Origin: Eledone cirrhosa
Lineage: Eukaryota
DNA: 64,000 bases
Reading direction: 5' to 3'
Assembly: GCA_964016885.1 (NCBI GenBank)
Contig: OZ024744.1
Span: forward strand, 84,196,001 to 84,260,000
Part shown: positions 1 through 13,521 of the stretch, piece after piece
How the letters are laid out: every line of letters starts with the position of its first letter
Position numbering within the stretch: the stretch's first letter is position 1
Notes under the pieces: generated by a model
What the model saw: the letters and a program-made list of their open reading frames with translations, nothing else
Database searches by the model: none
Told to the model about the DNA's origin: nothing
Made by a program: the position numbers and the translations under genes

Positions 1-317
1 ACATACATTCATACATACACACAAATACACACATATGTATACATATACAACGTACACATATATAAATACATCCATACATACATACGTACGCACGTACGTA
101 CATTCATACACACACACATACATACACGCATACATACATATACACACACACATACATGCATCATATACACACATACAAGCATGTGCACACGTACATACAT
201 AATGCATACATACATACACACATACATGCATACATACACACATACAGACATTCATACAAAAATACATACATACATACATACACAAACACATACACACATA
301 CACATATACATGCATAC
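1..317. repeat. (TACA)n/(CA)n compound microsatellite; continues at 793-1040 after a MITE insertion
   Basis: Directly visible TACA/CA repeats. Confidence 0.95.
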
Positions 318-792
318 CAGTGGCGAAGGGTAATCTGGAAAGCAGGGCATGCAGTCCAATCGCCATGGCGGTAAGTGGGGCTGTGCAGCCTTACCCCCCC
401 CCCCCCAACTCCCTCTAAATGACCCTCCCGAACAAAGCCGCATGTAGTGTTATCTTGTGTGTGTGTTATCTTTTATGTGTCTACGATTTAGTAAGCAGCC
501 AAAATTCTGCTTGCCCCAAAGCTGTCGTGTGTTTGTGTGTATGTGTGTGTGTGTGTGTTATCTTGTTATGTGTCTACGATTTAGTAAGCAGTCAAAATTC
601 TGCTTGCCCCAAAGCTGTCGTGTGTTTGTGTGTATGTGTGTGTGTGTGTGTGTGTGCGTGCTATCTGTTTTTGTGTCTTTACGTTTTAGTAAGCAGCCAA
701 AATTCTGCTTGCTTCAACCGACGCAATTGATCAACTCAAGATTCTATAACGCATGCACTGCATTCGTTGCATGCGCGGACCCTTCGCTCCTG
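318..792. mobile_element. Non-autonomous hAT-type DNA transposon (MITE), 475 bp
   Basis: Imperfect 14-bp TIRs: CAGTGGCGAAGGGT (318-331) and ACCCTTCGCTCCTG (779-792, rc CAGGAGCGAAGGGT). Perfect 8-bp TSD ATGCATAC at 310-317 and 793-800. 8-bp TSD and CAG termini are hAT hallmarks. Interior has about 3 copies of a ~100-bp unit (TTTAGTAAGCAGCCAAAATTCTGCTTG). Confidence 0.85.
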
Positions 793-1309
793 ATGCATAC
801 ATACATACATACACACACATACATACATACATACATACATACATACATACATACATACATACATACATACACACTTAAATACATACATATACACACATAC
901 AAACATATGTACACGTACATACATACATATACATGCACACACAAACACACACACATACACACAAAAACACACACAAACACACACACACACACACACACAT
1001 ACATATACATACTCACAAATATATACATATACACACGTACATTTATAAAGGTGGTGTATAACACATAGCGTGTGTAATCTTTCAAACCAAAGTGATGAGC
1101 TGTGATTCACAGTAGAAGAGATTACTGATCTTGGTGCTGGTTTAATTACCTTCTAAAGCAACCTTTCCTCTGCTCGATCCTCTCAAGTGTGAACAAATCT
1201 GGCTTTAGATTCTCAACTTAATTGTTCCACCATTATCTTTCTATTTCTATTTTCTATTTTATCTCTGTATTTCTTTATTTATTTATACCGCTCATTATTA
1301 TAATTGAAT

Positions 1310-1853
1310 TGGCAGTATCGGTAGAGGGTCGAACGCCATGCTTTCCAGCATAGAGTTAGGTGCCTTTATGATCTGAGTTTAAATCCCACCGAGGTTAACT
1401 TTGCCTTTCATCCTTACGAGGTCGATAAATAAAGCCCCAGTCACGCACTGGGGTCAAGTTAATCGACTTTCCCTTCCCTTAAATTGCTGGCCTTGTACCT
1501 ATACTAGAAATCATTATTATCATTGGCAGTATCGGTAGAGGGTCGGACGCCATGCTTTGCAGCATAGACTTTTGGCCCTTTACGTTCTGAGTTCAAACTT
1601 CGCCGAGGTTAGCTTTGCCTTTTATTCTTACTAGGTCGATAAAATAAAGTACCAGTCTCTAATCGATTTCCCCCTTTGCTCCAAAATTGCTGGCTTTCTT
1701 CCTAAATCAGAAACCAATATCATTACGTCCCTTTACGTTCTGAGTTCAAATCCCGCCAAGGTTAACTTTGCCTTTCATCCTTACGCGATAAAATAAAGTA
1801 CCGTTAATGCACTGGGGTAATTGCTGGCTTTGTGCCAAAAGTAGAAACAATTA
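1310..1853 (+). mobile_element. Cluster of three tandem copies of tRNA-derived SINE family 1
   Basis: Head TGGCAGTATCGGTAGAG (A-box-like) and GAGTTCAAATCC (B-box-like), core TTGCCTTTCATCCTTACGGGGTCGATAAAATAAAGTACCAG, tail GCTGGCCTTGTGCC..AGAAACAATTATT. Copies at about 1310-1520, 1523-1720 and 1726-1853. Confidence 0.85.
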
Positions 1854-1869
1854 TTCCCATTAATATTAC

Positions 1870-1916
<47 letters not shown>

Positions 1917-3018
1917 GTTTCTTCAGACGTGTTTCTATGGGATTGCTTGGTGCACTTCATGTTCTTGAGATGTTTGCAGCAGTGTGTGTTCATATGTTTT
2001 GTTGAGAGTATAGTGTATTCCATCAGTATTCTTTTAGTATCGAATTTAGCTTGTAGTTTCTCGTGTTATTGTAGTCTTTGTTTCGTATTGTAGTCTTTGT
2101 GTTGTATTGTGTATGTCATATGAGTTGTGTTATTTTTCTGGGTATTAATCTCGTATTAATCTTGTATGAATTATATTCTGTGAATTATGTTGTTTTATTG
2201 TTTTAGGTGCTTATTGTATAGCGTGCTTTGTTTGAATTAATGAGCAGGGCCAGAGTGTGCATCTCAGAAACCCTGGTTTCGCTAATAGCTAACTCATCTA
2301 GACGTAGCTAATATTTAACTCATCTGAGTTTATTGAGCATATGCTCAGGCTTCCATTTCGACCCCAAGGCCACGTATATTTATACAACCTATTTTGAACA
2401 TAAACATTCAAAGAGGAAGTGAAGAAACAAAAAGAAAATGGACGTGCGTCACTTAACCTTGTTCTTGTAATCAAGGTCTTTAGGACTGTTGTTTCTGGAA
2501 GTGTCCGACACGTCACTGAAGCATCTTTGATTTTGACTTTTTTCCTAAAGACTCCTACGTAATGTAAAAATCTTTCAAGGAGTTCTGCGTAAACTTCTGT
2601 TGATTTCTGTATTAGGAATATGTCTGCGTCTGCTTTTGATTTCAGGAGGAATTAATTTAATCTGTTACATCAGTGTACTCCCCTATAAACTCCATTAAAC
2701 CGTGGAATTACTTGTTGTTATTGTAGTTTTATTGGATGTTGCTGTTGTAATTGGGTACAAGTGTCTGTGAAATACTCAAAACATTTACATGTTAATTCAC
2801 AAGTTGGACATTCAGTGAATCAAACAATTGAAAGCTCATCGTCAAAATCGGTGGAGGATCCATCATTGCCTTATATTATTAAATCTATACAGAAAAATTC
2901 ACATTTAATTTTGATCACCCTGACCGACCAGTCTGTCGGGCGCCAATCGGCGCCGCTGGTCACAGCACGTCGTGCTGTTTTAGCCATAAGATAACGCCAT
3001 CCCACTGGCTGGGCGGTC

Positions 3019-3165
3019 AGGCTGGTACTCATTTCTACAGCTGAGTAAACTGGAGCAACGTGAAATAAAGTGTCTTGCTCAAGGAAACAACACATCAGTC
3101 CGAGAATTGAACTCACAACCTTTTGATTGCAAGCCCAATGCTTTAACCACTAAGCCATGCGCTTT
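3019..3165 (-). mobile_element. CORE-type tRNA-derived SINE (family 2), partial
   Basis: Minus strand reads GGCTTAGTGGTTAAAGC...GAGTTCAATTC...CCTTGAGCAAGACACTTTATTTCACGTTGCTCCAGTTTACTCAGCTGTAGAAATGAG, resembling the MIR/CORE domain. Related copies at 45917-46157 and 61965-62342. Confidence 0.7.
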
Positions 3166-3179
3166 CACATATATATATA

Positions 3180-3403
<224 letters not shown>

Positions 3404-3627
3404 GAAATGTAAAACCTGCCTCAACACTTAATTTTAAATCATTAATTTTTAATTCTTTTTAATTTTTTTAATTGTAATATTCAACATTTGATAAGATGGA
3501 TTTCACTGATACATCGAAACCGGTTATATTTTGTATATTTTATATCATTATCTACGGGGTCGATAAAATAAAGTACCAGTAATGTACTGGGTAATTGCTG
3601 GCCTTGTGCCTAAAATAGAAACAATTA

Positions 3628-6600
3628 TCTATAAAAGGCAGATTGTTGTTGTGTGTGAGTGTGCACATGTTCCATGTTTATACATTTGCACAATTTCAAA
3701 CCTTATCGACTCAAAGTCTGTAAGAATGTTGTAAATGGTCTAACTTAGGTCAACGACTATTTATTAATTTCAACCTCACCCACAATTACGGAAATAATCG
3801 ATAAAACTAAATACATGACGCTTTACCCCCCTAATACAATCTGAGTAACTCTACCTACCTCCCATACATACTGCAACCTTCTCTTATATACGCTTGTAAA
3901 CCCACTCCTTAATAATTTCCTTTAGAGAGAGAGAAAAAAATAAAGGAGGTAACCAGAGAGACAGAGACAAACGTTAAATACATGACGCTTACATCTCTTA
4001 TATACGTTTATAAACCCACTCCTTAATAATTTCACACAATTACATTTTGTGTATAACATATTTACACGTTTATTGAGTGAAAAAAAACACATAGGGATTT
4101 TGGGCCAAGCAACTTCACATTGCTGCATATGTACACGTTTATTGAGTGAAAAAAAAACCACGTAGGGATTTTTGGCCTAACAACTTCACATTGCTGACAG
4201 AAGCGCGCTTTAAACAAACTGTGAGTTATTTATTTGCCTCTGTAAGAATGTTGTAAATTGTCTAATTTAGGTCAACGACTATTTATTTATTTCAAAATCA
4301 CCCACAATTACGGAAATAATTTCCTCTCTCTACTCAACATAAAAATCAGAAAAAAAAATACATGCTCACACACAATTACATTTTGTGTATAACATATTTA
4401 CACGTTTATTGAGTGAAAAAAAAACAAATAGGGATTTTTGGCCAAACAACTTCAAATTGCTGACAGAAGCGCGCTTTTAACAATCTGTGAGTTATTTATT
4501 TGCCGTTCGTTCTCCCATTTTTTCCCCTGCGGAACGCAGACAGTTTTGAGCCTTATATTTTCAAAGGCAATTTTGCTGTAGAAGTAACTTTCACCCTTTC
4601 TTTTTCACATAAAATGCCACCTAAAAAGAGAAGTCGCTCGGTCGCCATACCACGTCAGGGGCGGCGCAGAGGGCGATTACAGCAAACGAGCCCCCCGAGG
4701 AAACTGCTTTAAGACTTTCACAGAGCGCCTTACGTTCAGCGGAATGCAGAGCTGCTGAAAGTTTTCAACAACGCACCGCACGCCTAGCCAAGATGGCTTC
4801 ATACGACGCCTCGAGACGTGCTGCGATGTGCGATTCGGAGCGGGCGATACGCCATTCCCCCCAAAACGCTTCTACTGCTACTTCCAGAGCTTCAGAGGGC
4901 CCGGAACAAAGGTCGACTCGCCTGAATAGAAACGCTGCTGCTACTGCTGCTTCTAGGGCTTCAGAGGGCCCGGAACAAAGGGCGGCTCGACTGAATAGAA
5001 ACGCTGCGGCTACTGCTGCTTCCAGGGCTTTGGAAGGTTTGCAACGGCGGACGAATCGCCTTGCTAGGAAGGCTGCAGCTATGACTACTTCCATGGCTTC
5101 TGAAGATGCAGACGGGCGCTCCATTAGGATTGCAAGATTGGCTTCTGCTACTGCTGCGAGAGCTTCCCACGGCCCACAGGAGCAACATTCTACGTTGGAG
5201 AGGAACAGTCGACGACAAGAAGCTGCCCGTGGTGTGACGAGCCCCGACAGCCCATACTGGCACCTACGGGCTTTCAAGTATGAGCCCAACGTTAACTACT
5301 TGATGCGTGCCGACATAATTATTGGGGAAATGCGCTTCAATTGCAAATTCTGCAATGCTAAAAAGTGGGCTGGGGAGCCACCTGCAATGTGTTGCTTAAA
5401 CTGGGGAACCACCAGAGCCTTTGAAGGAACTACTTACTGGTTCTACCTCAAAGTCATCCAAATTCCTTCAACTCATCAGGAAGAACAATTGTGCGTTTCA
5501 AATGACTTCTTTCGGGGCTAACGTTGTCAGAGAAAGTGGTTGGATGCCTACTTTCAAGGTCCAGGGGCAGATGTACCATCTTATTGGGTCGCTCCAGCCA
5601 CTACAAAATTACAAGCCTTCGTTCCTTCAAATTTACTTCATTTCTAACTACAGTAGGAAAGTTGATGCGCGGTTCGGCGTTATTCCAACACCTGCAAACA
5701 CTGACGCTGACACTTTTGAAAGGGACGTGCTGCTCGGTCATCAAAACATGCTTCATGAGCACAACAGTTATATTCGCAGTTTCAAATACGCATTGGAAAC
5801 AAATCGTTCACCAAACTTCACCATTGTCATCGATGCTGACAAAAGACCTTCTGGGGAGCACGCACGCCGTTATAACGCTCCTTCGTGCAATGAAGTGGCC
5901 GTAGTTATCCACGGTGAACAGCACAATAAGCGAGACATAGTTCTTAAAAATCGTGAGAGTAGTCTTCGACGTATTAATGAGACGCATCGTTCATACGACG
6001 CCCTGCAGTATCCCCTTCTTTTTGCATACGGAGAAGACGGGTACCATTTCGGCATTCCTCAGCGCAAACCAAATAGCCCACTGCTGCGACATCTAAAACT
6101 GTTTCATGTATGGCTTTCTACTCATACCGCTTCATGACAAGGCATAATGATTTTAGCCCCCTGCACAGCTCACGGGAACTGTTTCACCAGTTTGCAGTTG
6201 ACATGGCTGCAAAGATGGAGTCGGAGAGATTGTGCTTCATCAAATTGAATCAGAAGCAGCTGCGCTCAGACTCCTACATCCATTTGCGTGACGGCATCAG
6301 GAATGACACTGACCCCCGGAACATCGACAAAATGTGCATTCTCCCCTCAACCTATACGGGGGGGGGGGGCGGTACATGCACGAGCGAACACAGGACGCTA
6401 TGACGTTCATTCGGCATTATGGGCGCCCCGATTTATTCAACACATTGGGGTTACGCGGGAACTTATCCCAGGGCAGAGGTACTGCCATCGGCATGATATT
6501 ATTGCCAGGGTTTTCAGGCAGAAGCTGGCTAAGCTAATTGATCTAATAAAAAAAGGGAAGGTTTTCGGGCCTGTTAGGTGTCACATGTATACTGTTGAGT

Positions 6601-9600
6601 GGCAGAAGAGAGGGTTGCCACACGCGCACATTTTGGTTTGGTTGGTCACCAAAATAGACCCTACAGTTATAGATGACGTCATCGCAGCGGAAATACTGGA
6701 CCCCGTTGTTGACCGGCAGCTGTACGACATTGTGAAGGCACATGTGGTGCACGGTCCGTGCGGTCCCGGTTTTCAAGAGTTCTCTTCATGCCACAAGGAC
6801 CACGTGTGCACTAAACGATACCCAAAGAGGTTTGTTGAGGAGATCCAGACCGGTGGAGACAGATACCCACTGTACAGACGAAGGCAGCCTGAGAACGGTG
6901 GATTCACTATGACGTTACGGTGTCATCAAGTTGATAATAGGTGGGTGGTCCCGTACTGTCCATTTCTGATGAAAACTTTCAACGCTCATATAAATGTGGA
7001 GTTCAGACATACAGTGAAGTCGATAAAGTACATATGTAAATATGTTAACTCGACGCTGCCATGTTCGGCCTTCAAAACGACAATAGCAGGGACGAGGTTT
7101 CGGAGTACTTGGCAGGTCGATATATCAGCAGTGGTGAAGCTTTTTGGCGAATATTCGTGTTTCCACTTCACCAAAGGCACCCCGCCATCATACAACTAGC
7201 GGTTCATTTGGAAAACGGCCAGCGGGCTTACTTTACTGAACAGACTGCTGCTCATGTGGCGGCCAATCCAAAAGAAACAACTTTGACTGGTTTTTTTACG
7301 CTTTGCCAACTTGACACATTTGCAAAAACACTTTCATATCCTCAGGTCCCGTCCTACTACGTGTGGTCAAACAACACTTGGGTGCGTAGGAAGTCAAGTC
7401 GGGATTTTGAAGGACATCCTGGTCAAGTTTCACAGTTGTCTAGGAAGAGTGTACACTGTACCTCCCAACCAGCATGAGTATTTTCACCTGCGCCTTCTCC
7501 TCCATGAGGTTTTTGGCCCACAAACCTTTCGAGACATAAGAACTGTTGACGGTGAATTATGTGATACTTTCCGGGAAGCCTGCTTTAGGCGTGGCCTTTT
7601 GGAGGATGATTCACAGTGGGGCGCCACTACGGCAGAAGACGTTTTGTTGAAATCTCCTAAAAGACTAAGATCGCTTTTCGCTATTCTACTCCTATGGTGC
7701 GACTTGGGTGATCCGGCCTCTTTATGGCTTAGCTACAAAGATTACATGTCTGAAAATTTCCTGCGTCACGCTCAGTTGTTAAACCCATCGATGGAGGTCG
7801 GGTACAGTGACCTCATTTACAACAGAGCACTACTTGAAATCGAAGATACTGTTTTCGATATGGGCGGTAGTGCGTTGGCTGTGTATCGCCTACCTTCAAC
7901 AAACCGGGAGGCGCAAACACTCTGTCTTTGGATTTTCTACGTGAGACATCTTATAATGTTGACGAGCTTGCCCAGTACATAGCGGAGAATGAGCCAAAGT
8001 TCCTTCCAGAACAGAAATTCGCTTACAACTCCGTTGTTAATTCTGTCCGGGGCAAAGCTGGGGCAATTTTTTTCCTGGACGCTCCTGGGGGACTAGGAAA
8101 ACTGTGGCATCATCTGGAATTGCGGCTACTTTGTTGCCGGGCGGCAGGACAGCTCACTCCTATTTCAAGCTCCCGCTTGACTTAGCGAAGACTGAGACAC
8201 CCACTTGCAACATCAGTAAGAGCTCCGATCAGGCTAAAATGTTCAGACGATGCAAGCTTATCGTTTGGGATGAATGCACGATGGCCCACAGAGGTGCTCT
8301 TGAGGCGCTCGATAGAACTCTGAGAGACATCAAAGACTCTACGGCTCCAATGGGAGGCATAACACTTCTTCTTTCAGGGGACTTCAGGCAAACGCTTCCC
8401 GTTATTCCCAAGGGGACTAGAGCTGATACAGTACGTGCGTGTCTTAAGTCATCCGCATTGTGGCCCCTGGTGAAGACTCTGAAACTTGACAGTAACATGC
8501 GTGCTCATATGCGAGGTGATATCACATCAGCAGCATTTTCTCACACCCTCCTTGCACTTGGCGAAGGCGAAACGCCCGGGGATGAAAATGGTAATATTGC
8601 CATCGACTCACTTTGTAACATTGTTAATACGCCTTCTGATCTCAGGGATGCAGTGTTCCCAGATCTCCAAGCAAATTATCAGAATATGGATTGGCTTGCC
8701 CAAAGGGCTATTCTGGCCCCGAGGAATAAAACTGTTAACCATATTAATGATCAAATGCTAAAACTCATTCCTGGGGATGGCTACATATATAAGTCTATCG
8801 ATAGAACTCCTGACCCCGAGGACGTCATCACCTTTCCAATAGAGGTACTAAATTCCTTTGAGCCCCCCGGATTACCCCCACACATTTTGAAACTTAAAGT
8901 TGGTGCCCCTATAATGCTCATTCGAAATTTGGTTCCGCCGAAACAATGCAATGGCACACGTTTGGTCGTTAAGTCCTTAGCTCCCAATCTGATTGAGGCC
9001 ACGATAATCACAGGGCGCGGTCGGAGCAAGGTTGTGCTCTTACCGAGGATGCATCTTTTCCCATCAGGAGCAGACCTACCTTTCACATTTCGGAGGTCCC
9101 AGTTCCCGGTCAGGCCATGCCTCGCAATGCCAATTAACAAAGCCCAGGGACAAACACTGTCTGTCGCGGGAATACATTTGGGGGAGACGTGTTTCTCTCA
9201 TGGTCAGCTTTACGTTGGCTGCTCGCGTGTCGGCAGCAAGAGTGATGATTTCGCGTTCGTTCCGCAAGTAAAAACAAAAAACAAGGAGATTTTATACGAT
9301 TACCTCGATTCCTAATTTTATAACTTTTTTATTTTTTTATTTTTTGCCTTTTCGTGAGTACTTTCTAAGTAGGTTAACCTTCACTGCAGTGCACTGGACA
9401 CTACCCACCATCTGCCGTACAAAGGCTGATTCTAGCGGCGTTACAAAGCTTCATTGCAACTCCGACCCTACTCAAATATCAGCTGTTGCTCCTCACCAAC
9501 CCCCGTTTGGTGGGCCTCGGAGGACCGTGGACAGGTTAGTATTTCACCTCCGTACGACTCTCAAAGGGTCAACAATGCTTTAATGACGGGATTTACATTT

Positions 9601-10119
9601 TCAGGCGGTTCCCTGCAATTACTTCACACTTCACCAACACCTGGCCTCCGCTCAGCTCTATTTCCCTCCCTCCGTCGGCACAGCAGCAGGCTCATTTTCT
9701 ACGTCCGACGTACATGATGCACCAACCATACAATGACCCCTCTTCCTCTTTTTTGATTGTCATAATTCGACAATGTTTTCAGGCCCCTGTTTGCGGTTCC
9801 CTCAATCCACCCTCTCCCCCGTTAAAACATGCCATGCAGAACAACTCCATCGCAGCTCTGTTGTTCGGCTGGCATCGTCTACGCGCGTGTTGCGCAAGTA
9901 CTGTGAAACAATAAATTTGAACACTTCTTTGCACTGAGATAATATCAATAGACGAAACTACAATTGTCACTGCTGGCGCAGCTCCTGCTTCGGCAGTGCA
10001 GGTTTGCAATTCATTCAACCAGTGCCTGGAAGATAAAAAAAAGTGCTGCCATAAAATGGGTGGTGCAACCTAATTTTGGTAACGTACTGACCCCGGGCAA
10101 CGCCGGTCTTTAATGCTAG
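3628..10119 (+). mobile_element. Helitron, full-length termini, decayed RepHel
   Basis: 5' A|TCTATAAAAGGCAG at 3627/3628. 3' GC-rich hairpin (CCCGGGCAACGCCGG, about 10089-10108) followed by CTAG|T at 10116-10120. Inserted between A and T at the tail of a truncated SINE. Internal Rep and PIF1 helicase coding remnants, and duplicated blocks in the 5' non-coding region (3716-3810 vs 4239-4320; 4034-4240 vs 4370-4503). Confidence 0.92.
4614..9315 (+). pseudogene. Helitron RepHel (N-terminal repeats, Zn finger, HUH Rep, PIF1-family SF1 helicase), multiply frameshifted
   Basis: Zn finger CKFCNAKKW..E...CC. Rep motifs VEWQKRGLPHAHIL (HUH) and YICKYV. Helicase motifs FLDAPGG (Walker A, damaged), IVWDECTM, GDFRQTLPV, PPHILKLKVGAPIMLIRNL, INKAQGQTL, HGQLYVGCSRV. 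Spread over ORFs 4793-5521, 5421-6137, 6110-6403, 6288-7199, 7061-7477, 7311-7982, 7928-8185 and 8104-9315. Start at MPPKKRSR (4614) is tentative. Confidence 0.93.
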
Positions 10120-10170
10120 TACATTATAAAACTCCTTTATTTTTTAAAAATTGTTCCTCTCCTTTTTTCA

Positions 10171-10360
10171 ATAATTGTTTCTACTTTAGGCACAAGGCCA
10201 GCAATTACCCAGTGCATTACTGGTACTTTATTTTATCGACCCCGTAAGGATGAAAGGCAAAGTCAACCTCGGCGGGATTTGAACTCAGATCGTAAAGGGA
10301 CGTAACTATGCTGGAAAGCATGGCGTCCGACTCTCTACCGATACTGCCAATCCACCGCCT
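10171..10360 (-). mobile_element. SINE family 1 copy
   Basis: Reverse complement of the family 1 head, core and tail. Confidence 0.85.
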
Positions 10361-10420
10361 TTTTTCAATAATGTCACTTTGAAGAAAAAAGAAGAAAAAA
10401 GAAGAAAAAAGAAAAACAGA

Positions 10421-10524
10421 TCCTTTAAATATACTTTTCGTGCTATTTCCAATTCTACTTTATATATATATATATATATATATAAAGTAGAATTGGAAAT
10501 AGCACGAAAAGTATATTCAAAGGA
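10421..10524. repeat. Fold-back palindrome centred on (TA)n
   Basis: TCCTTTAAATATACTTTTCGTGCTATTTCCAATTCTACTT-(TA)n-AAGTAGAATTGGAAATAGCACGAAAAGTATATTCAAAGGA, one mismatch. Confidence 0.9.
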
Positions 10525-10607
10525 ACTTTGACCGGACTAGAAACTGGTAAATGTGTGGCCGCCTTCTCGTCTCTCTGCCTTTTCAGCCCCATGGATTATA
10601 TTCCTTT

Positions 10608-10681
10608 GTTATATTTCGAATACCTGATGATGTCACCGGATTCATACTGAACCCGGTCATTGAAATGTTCATAGTATAATA
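10608..10681 (+). ncRNA. Type I hammerhead ribozyme motif in a Penelope-derived short unit (about 10575-10870)
   Basis: Stem I ATAC/GTAT, CTGATGA 10624-10630, stem II ACCGG..CCGGT, GAAA 10662-10665, short stem III T-GTTC-A, cleavage triplet ATA. The unit is homologous to 37380-37933. Confidence 0.7.
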
Positions 10682-10867
10682 AACCTTTAAGGAACTACAC
10701 CAGTCCAGCCTCCTGTTATTTTATAATAATTAACTCCGTACTCGCACCACCAACTACACAAACGAAGACGGGTGAGTTGCATTACGTCGAGTGCTCTCCC
10801 TAATATTACATCGAGGTTGACCATACGGAATGACCAGTTCTATCCAGTGGTGAACCAACAAACCTAA

Positions 10868-10907
<40 letters not shown>

Positions 10908-10944
10908 GTAATACATACACACACATATATATATATATACATAC

Positions 10945-11005
<61 letters not shown>

Positions 11006-11834
11006 GCAAATCCAAAGAATCATTAGATAAAATATATACAGTATTTCTCCTCCCAATCAGCATAAATCAACCACACAAAAAATCATTTAAACGAGGCTAT
11101 AATTTTAAAATGTACTTATGAAGAAACAATAGATAAATGATATAGCTTCTTATCCGCGACTTATAGCTACAAAAAATTTACCTAGTATTTCTAATAGCCT
11201 GTAGAAATTGACTAGACATATAGTTAACCATACATAATTAGGTACAAAATCAATGTTAGAAGAAAAAATGTACATAAACTTTACCAAAATCTTCAAAATA
11301 TCTTTACCACCCGGCGATTTCATTCCATTTTTGGATGTATCCGATCTTGGATAAATCAACGAGGTTTGGAAATCATCAAGAGATAACTCAATTGGACAAA
11401 GATTGTTCTACCATGATCCCCGCCAGAAACGAATTCAAAATGGCTAAGAATCATCACGTGGCCAGTGGTCAAGGCAGAAAGTTTGTGATTGGCGCCTGTT
11501 GGAGAGTAGGCTCGTTGCTAGAAAGCGCAGCCGAATACTGCCTAAAGTTTTACTCGACCTTACGGGAGTATATAAAATTTAAAGGGTATATACATATAAA
11601 CTAGACAAAGTCATAGATACATATATATATGTTAGATCTTAAATGATTCATTTATTAATAAAGCTGTGATACATGTTTCATGTTACGTTTTTTCGGGCAA
11701 AACATGTTTTTGTTATGATTTACCGTTCCCTTGTATATATATGAAACATTGTACTAAATTGTTACTCAAATATCGTATAACCATTAAAAACACACCAAGA
11801 ATAACATTATTGGAAATATGTACACACATCTCTT

Positions 11835-12000
11835 TGGCCATAGCTACCATATAGAGAAGACTATCAGCACTTTGTGATCAAAGGCACTTAGCTGTACAAT
11901 TTTCTTGGCGGCCTTGTGTAATAGCCATATTTCTGATACACGCAGCAACAGGTGTTTGATAAAACTCCTCAAATTAACTATGCCTGGAAACTGAACTAGC
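11835..12000 (-). mobile_element. Highly degenerate RTE-clade LINE RT C-terminal fragment
   Basis: Translation LLRVSEIWLLHKAAKKIVQLSAFDHKVLIVFSIW resembles the RTE motif LLYG.ETW.L.K...KL.AF..KCLR.IL.I.W. Confidence 0.4.
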
Positions 12001-12989
12001 GTAAGTAGGACACTTTCTTTGCTCTGTTGGCATGCTGGCATGCTGAACAGCACTTCCGTACATGAAGAGTTTGTCTCAAACCAGTAACGCTTCCTGTTAG
12101 CATTGCCAGATATAGGATTTCTGAATATCATCTATTGTCTGCAAAATGTCTCGTACAAGCCAGTCAGTTGATTCTCACCGACGCTGGGGTTTTTTTCTCC
12201 TAGAACGGCATCGCTTTTCCCTAATATTAGTTTTCTATAGAATATTAATATAGAAGTTCTATCGCTTGTATTGTCTAAAAAGAAGGAGGCCATGAGAGTC
12301 TGAAAATATTTTAGATGGCAAGTGCTCAGTCATGGCCTTTGCTTGATACACGAACTAAGAATGTTTCCTAGAAATATTTTGTCTTTACATATAATTGACA
12401 CACTGGTCTCTAGCATGCGCTACTAGTAAGTTCTAAGACTGTAAAACCTTTTATCACGGTAGTGTCATTGACAACACCACCAGCAGGTTTTCCTGTTGAG
12501 GGAGGAGGGATGTTAGAAACGCAAAATTACCAAAAAACAATGATTATCAAAACGATGAGGAGAGTAAACGACTTTCTTGCAATAATGCACAACAGGGTGT
12601 GGGTAATGGTGACACTAAAAAATGCATCCTCGACAACCCATAACTCTAGCTTTTTAAAGTTAGTTAGTGTCTGGCGCGGGATAATCCACCACGTGAGCTT
12701 GTAGTTGCTGTTTAGTTTTGACTGACAAACTATATAGTGATGGGAAAACCCTTATAAAGAAACCTCAATGTGAGTGGCGTGGGGTTTCTATGTGCGTGTG
12801 TTTGTGTTGGGAAAGTGTCTGTTTCTGTTTTTCTGTGTGTGTGTGAGTGCGTAGGTGCGTGAGTGTTTCTGTGTGTGTATACATATTTTGCACTGGAGCG
12901 TGGAAATCCCCAGGTATGTGTCTGGACAAGCAGGAAAATAACTTTGAGAAGGAAAACTCCAAAATTGAACCTCTACTGACTTTTAGGTG

Positions 12990-13521
12990 TCCATGTATTT
13001 GGGGAAACTCTAGGAGAAGGCTCTGAAATATAAAACCTGCAGTTGAAATAGTTTCTGGTGATCTTCCTCTAGCTTGACACTGGATAGTCAATTATGGATA
13101 TTTAGAGAGTATCATATGTGTTGTACAAGTGTATTTCATTATAATCCATTGATGTACAGTTGTCCTATGACCTCACCCTCTTCACCTTTTCTTCTAATGT
13201 AAGTCCTGTGATTGGCATGTGCATGTGTAAATGACTAGAAGCATCTTGTATATATTGATTCACAGGAGTGCATAGACAGATCTAGGTTTGTATAAGAAGG
13301 AAAACAAAAAATTGAAACCGTACATACTTGTAGGTATCCATGTATTTGGGGAAAACTCTAGGAGAAGGCTCTGAAATATAATTCATGCAGCTGAAATAGT
13401 TTCTGGTGATCTTCCTCTAGCTTGACACTGGATAGTCAACTATGGATATTTAGAGAGTATAATATGTGTTGTACAAGTGTATTTCATTATAATCCAATAA
13501 GGTACAGTTCTCTTATGACCT
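12990..13521. repeat. Diverged ~185-bp direct repeat (12990-13172 and 13337-13521)
   Basis: Both copies read TCCATGTATTTGGGGAAA.CTCTAGGAGAAGGCTCTGAAATATAA...GTACAAGTGTATTTCATTATAATCCA. CTAGGAGAAGG also occurs in the RTE-derived element at about 29456. Confidence 0.8.

Noticed and set aside
440-715. CRISPR-like repeat-spacer pattern (also SINE clusters and 33290-33620)
   Set aside because: Whole units are duplicated rather than having unique spacers, the context is eukaryotic, and there are no cas genes.
1-1110. ORFs rich in VC/YI/HT repeats (also 3143-3462, 13896-14667, 20370-20996, 36414-37344, 57048-59102)
   Set aside because: Translations of (CA)n, (TA)n, (TACA)n and (CT)n microsatellites, which lack stops in some frames. 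No evidence of coding.
1310-1400. tRNA genes suggested by A/B-box motifs in many places
   Set aside because: The boxes belong to SINE heads followed by core and tail. No cloverleaf could be formed.
1930-2760. Possible old Penelope-like remnants (also about 44870-45270)
   Set aside because: Composition and a few partial motifs are suggestive, but they are too degenerate for a supportable call.
8104-9315. Host PIF1 helicase gene
   Set aside because: Intronless, fused to an HUH Rep domain, bounded by Helitron termini, and with a deletion right after Walker A.
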